The notes under the pieces were generated by a model, which saw nothing but the letters and a program-made list of their open reading frames with translations, was not told the origin of the DNA and did not search any database. A stretch of DNA of 64,000 bases from the sequence record MG592671.1. One strand, 5' to 3'. How positions within the stretch are numbered: the stretch's first letter is position 1; each line of letters begins with the position of its first letter. Shown piece after piece: positions 27,805 through 40,400 of this stretch. The position numbers were made by a program, and so were the translations under genes.

Positions 27805-29190
27805 GTGGCTAAACTTCAGTATTTCTATGATGGGCAAGTAGAACGCGTTATAAAACACTTAATTAGACTCTTTGGTGATTTCACAGTGCTTAATAACTAT
27901 GATGACAACGGAGAACCTGTATATAGGAGAGTTCCGTGTCGTTATGGTGATATTTCTCGCCAAGTAGCGTCGATTATACAAGGAAACAGTGAAAATACTT
28001 TAAAAAGCGCGCCGTTCATGACGATAAGTATAACAAGACTTAATATGTCAAGAGAAAATATCAGAGCACCACTAGCTGAGGATGTTATTGCAGGTACAAA
28101 CAAATATGATCCAGAAAAAGGTCAATATACTAATGAGTTGGAAGATATATACCACATTAGACGAAACAATCCAATCCCATGGGATCTAGAGTTTAGCGTT
28201 GATATTTGGACTACTACATTAGCTAACAAATTTGAGCTTACTGAGCAAATAGCAACGCTGTTTAATCCAGCTCTTGATGTTCAGTTAAGTACAAATCCTC
28301 ATGATTGGACATCTAAGATGACCGTTGAGAACACAGGATACACTTATAGTTCTAGAGCATTCCCGCAAGGTATTGAATATGATCTTGACATAGCTAGTTT
28401 TCAGTTTAAAACGGTAATGTGGATGAGTTTACCTGCTGCTGTAAGTAAAGCAAAATTAATACACCAAGTTAATACAAATCTACAAGAATCAACAGTTAGT
28501 GATGGTATTATTAGTGATATAGAAGAATTATCTTTAGATTTATTTGCGCCTAGTAATCATACAATAAGCGTATATCGTGAAACTAGTGATCCAACTAATG
28601 TATATTACGCTAAATTGTTAAATATGTACTACTCAGAAACCACTAATGGATTACCAGTAGCTATGGATTTGTCTAACATTTATTCATGGGATGAATTACT
28701 GAAATACTACACTAGTTCTGAGGACGCACCTAGCGAAGTTCAGCTTAGGTTGCTTGATGCAGTTGAGCAGACTCCAGGAATTGTAGGATCTATGACTATA
28801 CCAGACCCTGTAAGTGCTCCCAATGTTGCTCAAATTGTCATTGATCCAATTACGTTGGAATCAACAACAATCGATCCAATTAATGGGATAATTGATCCAA
28901 GAAAATTAGATTATAATAATATCCCAGGAACTAGATACGTTGTTCACGAATCTATTGAACGTTTCAACCTTGACCTAATAAACAACGACGGTATTGAAAT
29001 ATTTGCTGAACCAGGTGACATTATGTACTTGGATAATACGTGGAAAGTATACAATACTGTGTCAGGTGATGTTGTTGAAAATACTGCCAATAATAAGCGC
29101 TATAAATATTTAACAGACATAGGCTGGCATGAGCTTATTTCTCCAAAATACGCGACTGGCTTTTGGAGATTAGGGTTCAATGTCCAGTAA
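27805..29190 (+). CDS. putative tail sheath stabilizer/tail completion protein (gp15-like)
   Basis: YFYDGQVERVIK..VPCRYG..PWDLEFSVDIWT...QIATLFNP; GTG start at 27805 after AAGGAG (track start 27781). Confidence 0.65.
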   Translation: MAKLQYFYDGQVERVIKHLIRLFGDFTVLNNYDDNGEPVYRRVPCRYGDISRQVASIIQGNSENTLKSAPFMTISITRLNMSRENIRAPLAEDVIAGTNKYDPEKGQYTNELEDIYHIRRNNPIPWDLEFSVDIWTTTLANKFELTEQIATLFNPALDVQLSTNPHDWTSKMTVENTGYTYSSRAFPQGIEYDLDIASFQFKTVMWMSLPAAVSKAKLIHQVNTNLQESTVSDGIISDIEELSLDLFAPSNHTISVYRETSDPTNVYYAKLLNMYYSETTNGLPVAMDLSNIYSWDELLKYYTSSEDAPSEVQLRLLDAVEQTPGIVGSMTIPDPVSAPNVAQIVIDPITLESTTIDPINGIIDPRKLDYNNIPGTRYVVHESIERFNLDLINNDGIEIFAEPGDIMYLDNTWKVYNTVSGDVVENTANNKRYKYLTDIGWHELISPKYATGFWRLGFNVQ

Positions 29191-29201
29191 GCGAGGAAAT
29201 T

Positions 29202-29663
29202 ATGACACATGAAGCAGTTGGGGCAATTTTTTTATCCATAGACACAGGTCGAGTGATGCTAAATCTACGCTCAGAAACTGTAACATATGCAAATTATTGG
29301 GGTTTTGTAGGGGGCAAATCTGAAGGGAATGAAACCCCTGTGGAATGTCTTAAGAGGGAAATAACTGAAGAATTAGGAACAACTGTCCCTAAATTACAAG
29401 ACATAATACCTTTTGACGTGTTCACTACTAAAAATAGCAAATTTAGATATTATAGCTTCCTAGTTCTTGTGCAAGGCGAGTTTGTTCCTAACCTAAATGA
29501 TGAATCAAGTGGTTATTGTTGGGTTAAAATAGGTAACTGGCCTCAACCATTGCACCCAGGAGCTAGAAGTACATTACATAATGAAACATTATTGGAAGAT
29601 TTCAAAAATGTGTGGAATGCAAAGAAAAATGGGAAATTGCTATCAAACAATCTCCCATTTTAA
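29202..29663 (+). CDS. Nudix hydrolase
   Basis: perfect Nudix box G-KSEGN-E-TPVECLK-REITEELG; start MTHEAV at 29202 after GAGG (track start 29163). Confidence 0.9.
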   Translation: MTHEAVGAIFLSIDTGRVMLNLRSETVTYANYWGFVGGKSEGNETPVECLKREITEELGTTVPKLQDIIPFDVFTTKNSKFRYYSFLVLVQGEFVPNLNDESSGYCWVKIGNWPQPLHPGARSTLHNETLLEDFKNVWNAKKNGKLLSNNLPF

Positions 29664-29664
29664 T

Positions 29665-30816
29665 TTACGGAGTAATACTTGCAGCAGTGCCTAACGTTAT
29701 TTGTGGTATACCGATAAGTTTAAAACTAACTGACCATTGAATGTTTGCTTGTGATGTGACTAACCCTCTAAACATCAATCCGAAATAATCACCATTAATA
29801 GTGTCTTCAGGGGTAGTAGCTACTCCATCAGTATCAGCACTTGGCCAGTTTAGTCGAGGCTGCACTGAACAATCCCATCCTGAAGTACTGCCAGTTTCCT
29901 GAAGTACTTCCTTAACACACGAATTTGCGTATATTCCAGAATCAAAGTTTTCTTTTAAGATTCTAGGATCAGGGTTAACAAACAAGTTTGTGTTTGTTGG
30001 TAGTTGCGCTATAGCTTCTCGTTGCTGTTGCACTGACTGGACGGAAAATGCGCCCTGCATTTTCCAAGATTTCGTATTAGTTTTAATCACTGAATCTCTG
30101 GCTGCAATAGTTGCTTCCCATTTATAGGATCCTCCATACTTCAATGCATCATCGCCGCTCACTACAATGTCAGAACCACTTTTAATAGCCCCGCCTTGAT
30201 TAAATGTTGCGACATCTTTCCAAGAGTTTGCTAAGTGAGGTATTACCTTAACATTAATATTAGGAGATACTTCTGGGTTTAGCGTTGCATCATAATCAGG
30301 GTTACTCACTGATACAACTAAATTATCATCAAAGTACCTAATAGGCAATAAAGTTCTAAAAATACTATTTTGATCAACTCCTGTATCAATGATTCTCCAT
30401 TCCCCATCTATAAAGATTTTTAAGGTATCGCCTTTGTAGATTACCATCCTACCTTCATTGGCTTCGATTGGATCTGTTGAAACTTTAGAAATAACAGGAA
30501 CAGTCAACCATTCACTTCTATCAGATAATCCGTCAGCAGGAGCAATTAGAAGCTCACCACCCATACCAGTTTGATCCTCTGATCTAGTGTTATACCATAA
30601 CTGTCCTCGGACAGATGCAGTTGGGACATTATCTGATGCAAAATTTTCAGTTAACCATAGAAAGTTTTCATTTTGTGCTTGACCAAATTTAACTTTATTT
30701 CTACCAATAAGATTTATAGGAGCAGGAACTCCCTCTGGCACATTTGGTCCTAAGATGAGATTGTCAGAAATAACTGCATAAAGTGAACCATCGGTTCTTG
30801 CGATATTATAAGGCAT
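29665..30816 (-). CDS. virion structural protein (baseplate/fibre-associated)
   Basis: LIGRN...FGQAQNENFLWLTENFAS...GQLWYN motif typical of large-myovirus structural proteins; in the baseplate operon. Confidence 0.55.
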   Translation of the reverse strand: MPYNIARTDGSLYAVISDNLILGPNVPEGVPAPINLIGRNKVKFGQAQNENFLWLTENFASDNVPTASVRGQLWYNTRSEDQTGMGGELLIAPADGLSDRSEWLTVPVISKVSTDPIEANEGRMVIYKGDTLKIFIDGEWRIIDTGVDQNSIFRTLLPIRYFDDNLVVSVSNPDYDATLNPEVSPNINVKVIPHLANSWKDVATFNQGGAIKSGSDIVVSGDDALKYGGSYKWEATIAARDSVIKTNTKSWKMQGAFSVQSVQQQREAIAQLPTNTNLFVNPDPRILKENFDSGIYANSCVKEVLQETGSTSGWDCSVQPRLNWPSADTDGVATTPEDTINGDYFGLMFRGLVTSQANIQWSVSFKLIGIPQITLGTAASITP

Positions 30817-30826
30817 ACGTATCTCC

Positions 30827-31423
30827 TTATACTAATTGAGCGCGAACAGTGTATATTACCTGTAAAACTCTATTCTTAGATTTTTGCACCGGGTGAAAAA
30901 TAATATGTGTCAAGTGTTTACCTTCATTGTCATAAAGACCTAACTCGTCAAACAAATATTGATCTCGGTCAATCTCTTCTATACCTAACTGTTGTGTTCT
31001 ATCATTAGTTGCAGCATCTGAAGGTTCATTTAGTCCTAGCGTACAGGTACACACGATATCAGAAAAAACTTGCCCACTAATATGTACAGCTCTAACAGAG
31101 TTATATGAATCGTCAACTGACGGATCAACTTCGTTATTGATAATCTTTGCATAAGTCTCATTATATAGTTCAGCTAAACCTGTTGTATTTGGACGCTTGT
31201 AATTGATCAAGTCTTGTGCTTGAACGATACTCGTGCCTCCGTTACCAAAACGCATAGTTGTTATTACGCCTGCTTGATTACCAGCAATGCTTTGAGCTAT
31301 TGCATAAGACATGTTTTCTGGATGAATATCGTTAGAATCCTCTACAAGGACTTCCTTTGTATCGAAATCTATGATTTTTACATGACCTTTAAATATCATC
31401 ATTGGTTTTTCATTTAAATTCAT
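30827..31423 (-). CDS. conserved virion structural protein (baseplate region)
   Basis: GHVKI.D..T.EVLV...N.IH..N....FDELGL..THIIFHPVQKS.NR pattern; late promoter at 31455. Confidence 0.55.
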   Translation of the reverse strand: MNLNEKPMMIFKGHVKIIDFDTKEVLVEDSNDIHPENMSYAIAQSIAGNQAGVITTMRFGNGGTSIVQAQDLINYKRPNTTGLAELYNETYAKIINNEVDPSVDDSYNSVRAVHISGQVFSDIVCTCTLGLNEPSDAATNDRTQQLGIEEIDRDQYLFDELGLYDNEGKHLTHIIFHPVQKSKNRVLQVIYTVRAQLV

Positions 31424-31454
31424 TATGAATCCTCGTTAATGGATTTTATTATAA

Positions 31455-31462
31455 TATTTATT
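31455..31462 (-). promoter_or_regulatory. late promoter AATAAATA
   Basis: 32 bp upstream of the ATG at 31423. Confidence 0.65.
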
Positions 31463-31467
31463 CATTA

Positions 31468-31491
31468 AAAAAGGAGCCGAAGCTCCTTTTT
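31468..31491 (-). terminator. intrinsic terminator with cUUCGg tetraloop
   Basis: minus strand aaaaaggagc-TTCG-gctccttttt immediately after the 3771-aa gene. Confidence 0.85.
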
Positions 31492-31494
31492 GTA

Positions 31495-34400
31495 TTATGG
31501 CATTTTGTGAATATTAGTGCCAGCTGATCCTAGTTCCTCTTTCAAGGTCCTAGCAAACGACTCTCTAGATTCTTGTATAGACACAAATGTCCAAGCGTAA
31601 TCCCCAGGAATGGCATCATATGGTAGATATTGCATATCATACAAGCATACTGTTGAGTATTCGAATTCTGAATCATCAGTATCAAACGATACTGTAAGAT
31701 TCTCATCAAATATATCAAACAACCCTATAACTGGGACACCACTGTTATGGTATGACAGATCTAATGGTATTAAATTACCATCCTTATCTATTACTTTAGC
31801 CTCCTTATACAAACCCCCTTCAGCTGAACCATGCTCGCCTCTTCTGATATTGTCAAACATGTAAACAGTATTAGAGTTTACATATTCTCCATATAAGACA
31901 GTGTTAGGCTCATATAGTTCTAAAAGCTTAATTGTGTTGGAGTCAATAGTTGAGTAGTTAACTCCTGGAACTAAAGTTTCCCCATTAACAGTAAGAGTAC
32001 TATCTTCTATCGGGAACGGGATTGAAACAATCTCGCTTTGTTCACGATATTGACAGTCTATTACACCTGATGATCCAATACGCTTATAAAGTCTCATTAA
32101 GTTAGTGCCTTGTACTATATAATCTTCACCAACACCTTCGACTAATTGTACTCCATCAATTGAGAATGTTGTAAACTCAATGTCATACAAAATAGGAATG
32201 TCTTCAAACGTTGGATCTGCTTGATTACTAGCGTTTCCTGTAAAGCCAACTGTGTAGTTTATGTACTCTGGTACACCACCTGTCCCTTCTAATACTACAT
32301 CAAATAGTTCATGTGGGATGGACGGTGTTACACCACCATATACCTTGATATATTCAGTACCTACGTCATAAACATTATCAGAACCAGTTTCAATCACGCC
32401 TGGTGTGCTAAATGAGCTATCATTGTACCACATCTTCTCGTTTAATCTACCTGAGTTAGCGTTTTGTATGTTTCTGATATTCCACGACACTTCGTCGGAA
32501 CCTTTATCAAGCCTAAACACAAATGTCTTGCCTAGTTCAGCACCACTCGAGTAAACGTTATCAACATTCGGATTACCTATAGAGTAAACTCTATCATCTT
32601 GGAATACAGTTATTGATATTTGCTCACTCATTTGCAATTGAACAAGTTCCTCGGTACTTCCACTACTAATGCCTGGTCTAGCAAACCCGAGTGATATTTC
32701 TTGATATTCAACATCGTCATACAGACTAGTTTCATCAGGAATTGATGCTCTGTTTACTTGCTCAGCAGTCACAGTACCTACATACCAATATCCAACTTTT
32801 GTTACAGTGCATATGTCTATGTCGGATCCTGGAAGTATAACATTTGTGTTACTTACCGCATCGCTTATAGTAGAGAATACTTCAAAAGTATCTGAACTTC
32901 TTACTCTTACATAGTATTGACTGGTAATGTCAATACCACCTAAATCAGCACCAATCTTATAGGTATTAAACTTAACAGTATCTAAATCGTTAAATCCATG
33001 ATCTGCTACTGTTATGAATGTACCATTACTAGATACTGCACTGAAACCTTTGTTAGGTGTTAAGTATCTGCCATAGAATGAATCATAGTTCATATTAGTA
33101 ATTGATACAGTACTACCTAATGGAGCTGGGTTAATCTTGACCATTGTGAAGTTTGCATCCAAGAACATATTTCCATCTATATCAGTGTATATTGTATATG
33201 GAAAATCAGGATTTTCCACAAACTGAACTGGCATGCCAGATGAATCAATGAGATTAACAACTTCGTTATCTCGGAAACTAACTGTATATACCTCATCAGG
33301 ATCATTACACAATGGTCGAGCGTATCCCTCATTGACATCCCACGGATCCCTATCAGGATCTGCTGATGTTAGTATAACAGTATCGCCAACTTCTAGATTA
33401 CTTTCACTGTCAACAATAATGTTTTCAGTGTTAGTGTCTCTAACTTTAAATCTATGTATAAAGTGATCCGGATTAACCACATTGTGATCTGCCCAAGACT
33501 CGGCGATTTCTTTTATGTTATCAGGAACTGATACTATAACTTCATCTTGTCTATGCGGGTGGTTCATTATAAATCCTTGAACTTCTAATGTACCGAAATC
33601 AGTTTGTGGATCTCCGTATGATGTTCCAAAATCAAAATTAAATTTAGAAATATCATCTGCTGGAACTTCTGATGAAGACAAAACAGTCTCCCAATACAAT
33701 TGATTAAAACCTTCACTAGTTACGTGATCTGTTATGCAACGATATGCAATACCATCAACATCAACCACTGAACCGACAACGTATTGTGTTATATTGTTCC
33801 AAATAGGAATCAATGTCCAGTCATTTGGATCAAATTCACCAGGACCTACACTTTCTATGCTATCATTACGATAAACTCTAGAAATTGATAAGTCGTTGTC
33901 TTTATATGACACGTAAGAATCAGTACCATATACTTCACTTTCGCTAAATTCAAACCCTGTAAACTCGCAGTAGTAGCCATAATCAATAACCGAATAATCG
34001 CTAATACCATCCCCGTTTCTATCAATTGATTCAAAATAGACGTTGAATGTTGTATAGAAATCCTCTGCGTTAAATGATCGATTTCTGTATCGTATCCATG
34101 ATGTTTGAGTTTGTGTTAATGTGACATCTGGGTAGTTTGTACTACCTACATACACATAGTTCCACGGAACATCGCCTAAAGTGTTATCGTATAACCAAAG
34201 ACCTCGACTAGGAGCCAAAATACCATCTGCATTAGCAATGTCATTAACATATACATACGGAGATAGCAAACTACCGTCATCTTTACCGAAATCTACCACT
34301 CCTGGTAGTGCTGGTGCAGGTAGGCCGCTAAACGTTACGAACTTAGTAGCATTAGCACTATGATAGTCTCGCATATCTGAAATATCAAACATGTACTGAT

Positions 34401-37400
34401 TATGACTTGATACAGTATCATAAGATATGATATTTTCCTCGTAACCTGCGTTACCATATGCATTTTGATCATCAAAGTATTGCTCAGTAGTTGATGTAGT
34501 TGACGTGTAGTCTACTACGCTCAATAACTCCCCGGAATCATTTATTAAAGGATTTAATGGGTTATATGACTTGTCGTTTAAACTATCAGCAATAAATGTT
34601 TTACCATCGTTTACGTTTAAAAACCCATATTCTTCTAACTTTTCAGGAGAAACTCCTTGAGATAGCATATGGTCGTATAGTGCTGTTCCGTATGAGATAT
34701 ATCCTATTTCATCGTCATCGCTGTTGCCACTGTATCCTAAAGGCAATCTTGTTTGCGGAGTTCCATTAACTGTAGTTCCTTGGAACTCGCAATCCATTAT
34801 ACCATCAATTTGTTCTTGCGTTAGTGATGTATCGTCTAAGTAAAACCTGTTTGCTTGACTAAAGTATTGAACTAAATCACTTAGTTCTTGGTAAGAAATA
34901 GCTAAAATCTTCTCAGCGATTTCTCTTTCAACTTCCCAAGTATCAACACAAACATTAACAAACTTGTGATCAACAATATAAGTTACTGAACTTGATACTG
35001 TGGTGAAGTTAGGTAATTCGTTACTCCATACAGTCTCATTAATGTTCACGCTACTTACTTTATTAATCTCAACACGTAGAAACTCAAACATAGTTGTGTA
35101 AAATGAATTAAGGTCTGTTGTGCTTGGTTTAACTAACGACTCATCACTGATATTAAATGGGTTGCCATCTTCAATGATTTCAGCATTTTCAGTTAGCATC
35201 ACACTTGATGTTGCTGAGTACTTCTTAAATGCTTCTGCGTAGTCTTCAGCTCTAGACGCATCAGCAGTTATTTCACAACCTATTCTGTCAAAATACATTT
35301 GCATCATTTGCTGTCTAAAACGTAGCCTAGCTTGCGTTCCAGTATACTCGCCATCAGCCTTCTCGTCTATAGCATTTTCGTATAAAGATTGATCAATTGG
35401 TGACGGGTCACCTTCTATTAAATCACCAATTATCGTATCAGTATCTGATGTTTTTTGTTCAACAGCTGATCGAATTTTAGTTCTATACGGCTTGGCTTCT
35501 TTAAAGTATTCAATAACATAATCAACCTGATCTAAGTTCACTGTGTATCTATCACTTAATACTTGCTCAATACCAAACACATAAATGTATGATGTTTTGA
35601 ATACCCAATCAAGTACTGGTTGTTCTTGGTGTACATAATACAACATATCAAAAACAATCTTTGATTGTGCGCCATCAAATGTTTCAGCTAGTAATCGTAT
35701 TGCATCAATTATAACTTGCTCAGCATCAGTAACTGTTCCATCATCGTTGTACATTTCATGTTCTTCGATCAACTTATCATTCAGTTGAACTGTGCCATTT
35801 TGTCTACCAACAGTTTCTAGGTATGGAACATCACGAGTGAAGTTTCGTCTATATAGAGTCCATAAATTAACATTATCGAAAATTCTGTAAACATTTTCAC
35901 CGGCATCAGTATCAGGAATTTGATCAAAATTTGTGATATCGATGAAAGGAGTTATGTCGCTAAAACCTTCAGCATACCAATCATCCAAATCCCAAAAATC
36001 AGCCATTACAAGGTAATCAGATGTTACTTTGTTGATATCTTCGCTCTTCACTAGCGAGTGTACGCCAGTTCCTTGATCATTGATGATAATAGTACCCTGA
36101 GAGTCTTGTGTTGGTATTGTCTTTAGCTGATAATACCCATCATCTCGCACATGCACGAAGTACGTTAATGTTGTTTCTAACGGAGATGGTAGATCTCCGG
36201 TGGAGCTCAACAGTACTGATTGGTTCTCAACGTATACTTCTGGAGTATCAACGTCTAGCACAAGGTTACCATCAACATCAACAACGTTAAAATCAACTGA
36301 GTTAATCAAACGCGGTGTATCTGCATAATTAAAAACATTATTCATTAATGTTCCATTATTAGTAATGTTTTGTGTTTTGTAATATCCGTTAGCTGAGTCA
36401 ATAAGTTCACGACGAGCACTAAGCATGTCAACAAACCAAGTTTCACGTTCCATCGTTCCTAGTTCAGATTGAGGGTACACTAGTGGATAAGTAATACCAC
36501 CAATAATCTCTTGTCCTACTAACGATGATAATAGACGCGCCCATAAAGTTTCATTGAAGTTGTAATCATCACGTTCTTGGAACAATTCCCATTCCTTATG
36601 ATCATTAATCTCTAAGTCAGGGTTCTCACTATATGTGATCTGTAACACTGATTCATTATTAGTGATTATATCTTGGAATCCAGAACAAATAAACTCATTA
36701 TTACCAATTGGTGCAAACCACGGTAAACCTTCAGCAGTAGGATCCTCGATAATTCTCTCTAATTCTGAAATAGGCTTAGTTCGTCCATTGACTCGTGGAA
36801 CATATATAGCATCCTGCACCCAGAAATAGTAGTAAGTTTTTGTGACTCCAGTGCTAGTGTCGTACTCACTAAATGCACTCCAATTATTAACATCAGCAGT
36901 TCCGCTAGGTACATACCCGCCAGCATCTTTATCCAATGGAGCTTGTGATGCAACGTAATTGTCCCATTCTCCTGGTTGCACAGGTGAACGTACCCATTCT
37001 TTAAGGATAATTTCAGAACCTGGTAGCAATTTACCCCAGTTTTCTCGGCGGTACTTTCTTGTTAGTATCTCGTTTTCTGAGTTATCATTATTACGAACCG
37101 GCTGTGTATAATCTAGGTATAATGCAGCGCTCGTGTCCCACCACACTTTACCAACATGGTCCTTACCCCAAGCAGCTGATGTTGAATCATTACTGTTGTA
37201 TAGAGCAGGGTCTGTTTGCATTGTATATGAAACTTCAGAGCTCGCAACGCCAGGAACAATACCACGAAGTGGATCCCAAACATTCAAGTACGTTTCAGTT
37301 TTATTTGTGCTTTGATTGTATATTACTGGTCGATTAAAAGCTTTAGTATTAACAACTGGAACAGTTCTATCTTCAATAAATGTGTTTCTTTCACCATAAC

Positions 37401-40400
37401 TACCATAATCAACACGGTACGATACTAGTGTTGGGCTATCTGTTGAGAATGTTGTTGGAGTTAACACTGCATTGACAGTGATTTCTCTAGTAACAACAAT
37501 ATCTTCCCAAAATTCAGACCCGGTATCAGTTCCTGGTTCTTCTCCTACTGGTATAATACCTGCTGGATCGCTAATTTTAGCTTGGTATGTTCTATTCTGA
37601 TGCTTAATAATAGTCGCAGCAGATGTATTTGGATCAATCTCGTTATATTCAACTGTTGGATTCCACTTTTCACCATCATACGTGTCTTCGATCTGTGTGA
37701 AGAATCTCTCATTTGTTAACGTAACTGGTGTTGTATCTCCTTGCACGTAAAACAACTGTCCACTACGTAGGTTGTGATCATGGCTGAATATTAGTTTAGA
37801 TGCAACTTGTGTAGTATCTGTCTCACTTAATTGTATTGATTCAATACCAATCAATTGAATATCTAAGAATCTGTCAATTGAATATAATTCCCAGTTATTA
37901 AAGTTGTCTTTAAGAACCCAAGCCGACTGTGCTTCTGATGAATTATTTGATTCCCAAGCTTTTCTACGCTCAGAGATGACTGTAAGGTCCTCAGTGATGA
38001 AATCAGCATCATTTAAAGTCACAGGTCCTGCACTTGGCATATCAACAGTAAAATACTCATTTGATACCATAGGAAATTCTTGATTATCACTACTACGAGT
38101 TATCCATCTATCATCAAGTCCTCTAGTTCCATAATATGTGATAGTATCATCTTTATCACTTTCATACGTATCTGCTGAGTTAAACGCAATAATCTGCGGG
38201 TTCTGCTTCAGTTCATCCTCACGAACGATAAATTGTAGCTTTTGATTTCCACCTAACTTACCATAGTCACCAACCTTGATCGCCCACTCTTCAAGAGTTC
38301 GATAGTTATTTGTGCTTAACGTTTTAGATGTTCTAAGGATTTTATCAAAAGATTGGAACGTACCTTTCTCTTTTACAAAACCTTTATAAAAATTAACTTG
38401 GTTTTTAGGATTAAGTATAAGCTCACTTAAATAATCGCGAGTTTGGAATCCTATCATGTGCCTAGCTAAGTTGTTTAATTGAACAGAACTAGTCGGGTCT
38501 TCATTGTCGTAATAATGACGAAAATCATCAACAAGCTTTTCAAAACCAGGTAGTGTGTTATCATCAGTAACCATGAAACCAGGAGCTTCAAGTCTTCCGT
38601 TCCAACCATCAGTAATTACACCAACAACGCGAAGTTTGTCTTGATATAATCCGTATTGAGTGGAGTACATGATATCATTGAATATCGTTTTGTTATCGAA
38701 TATTATAGTATGTTCAAACTCTCGAATATTAAGACGTAATAACATCATTCGCTTATCAGAATCTTGGTCAACTCGAACAGTCATAACATTACCGATGCGT
38801 GTTGTATCGATCTCGTATGGATAGATACCATCACTGTTATCATCAAGTAGTGCCCATGTACCACCACTATATTGTGTCACACTATCAATAGCCCCAAACA
38901 CAGAACCAAACTTTGCAGTTTTTGCCGCTGGTGATAAAGAAATTAAATCTCCAATAATAGGTGCAGTAAAACTCCAATCAAGAAAATCATTACTAATTGT
39001 TTCCCAGTTGAACACTGAGCCGTTAGTTTGGATATCTTCGAAAATCCACCCTTGTGCTTCTAAGTACATACCATAACCAATCAGGAAGTCAACCACGTCT
39101 TGTCTACTTTTAAGTCTAGTGTTGTATTTTAAAATACTAGAATCACTATTCCATGTTAGGTACTTGATAAACGACTTATTGTTTGACGTAAATGAAGACT
39201 TTTTACCAGTTTTGACTGGTGTTAGGTAATTAAACTGTGAAGTTAAAGAGTCGTAACCATTAACAATGTAACCAGAACCGTCCCATGTTATAGAAACTCC
39301 TGATAACGTCTCTTGGCGTCTTACAGACGACTTATTAAGTGTTAGATGTTGGTTCTCTTGTGATACCAGACCAAAACTATCAGACACAAACGTTAAATTC
39401 TCTAGTTTACCAAAACCACCTAAACGATACGCTAGTCTAACATCAACTGAGCGAACAACATCACCGTAATATGTAGTAACATTTTTATGATCTTTGCGTA
39501 AATTATCTGAAACCCATTGTTGGTAACCTACAACCTCATTATTTGCTTCTCCATGCACTAGTTCGTTACTATCTAATATAATTCTATCAGATCCATCACG
39601 TTTCATCCATTGGATATCACCGTCAAAGTTGAAAGTTGTAAACTCAACACTATTCCAAAAATAGTTAGACCACTCAGCCGGTCTTGCACGGTATACTGAC
39701 AGTGCAGTATCAAACGATGCAAGGTTAGAGTTCATGTAGCTATACTCGTTTGGTGATACATCACTAAACTTCCAAGGTAGACCTTTATCTAGATCAGTTT
39801 CAGGCGCTGCATCTACCAATTTCAATTTGTCATCTGCTGGAGACAGAAGCTCGCCAGTTGTTTCGTTGAATGGCATTACCAAGTAGCTTCTAGCGAAACG
39901 AGTATCTACACCAGCACGATCACCTAAACGTACTGTTCCGGTAACCAAATCTCCTTGCGGACCCCATAAATTATCATCACTATAGAAAGTAATCCCATTA
40001 ATAGTTTCGGATGTATACTCATTGTCCCACCAGGCTGGCTTTTGCGTGAACCCTAGCATTTCCCACGGGCGTGTATTCGGATTAACTGTATCAAAATGAT
40101 CTAAGTATATCCCTCTCCAGTTACCACGAGCTTTAAGAGTTTCTCCATTTCTACCTTTGTAAAATGTGTAGTTTGTAGTTGACCAGTTCCACGATCTCCA
40201 ATCTTCAGTAACTGATGGTGACCCTAACGTAACGTGATTGTTGGCTGCCCAATTCGCGAACCCGATATTTGCAAAATTATCCCACTCATTAACCTGGTCT
40301 CCCATAGATGATACGTATGGAGAATAATCAGTTAATCTATTAGCACTAGGTTTAACATCAAATTCTGACAATCTAGGAATGTATGCTGAATTGGTAAAAT

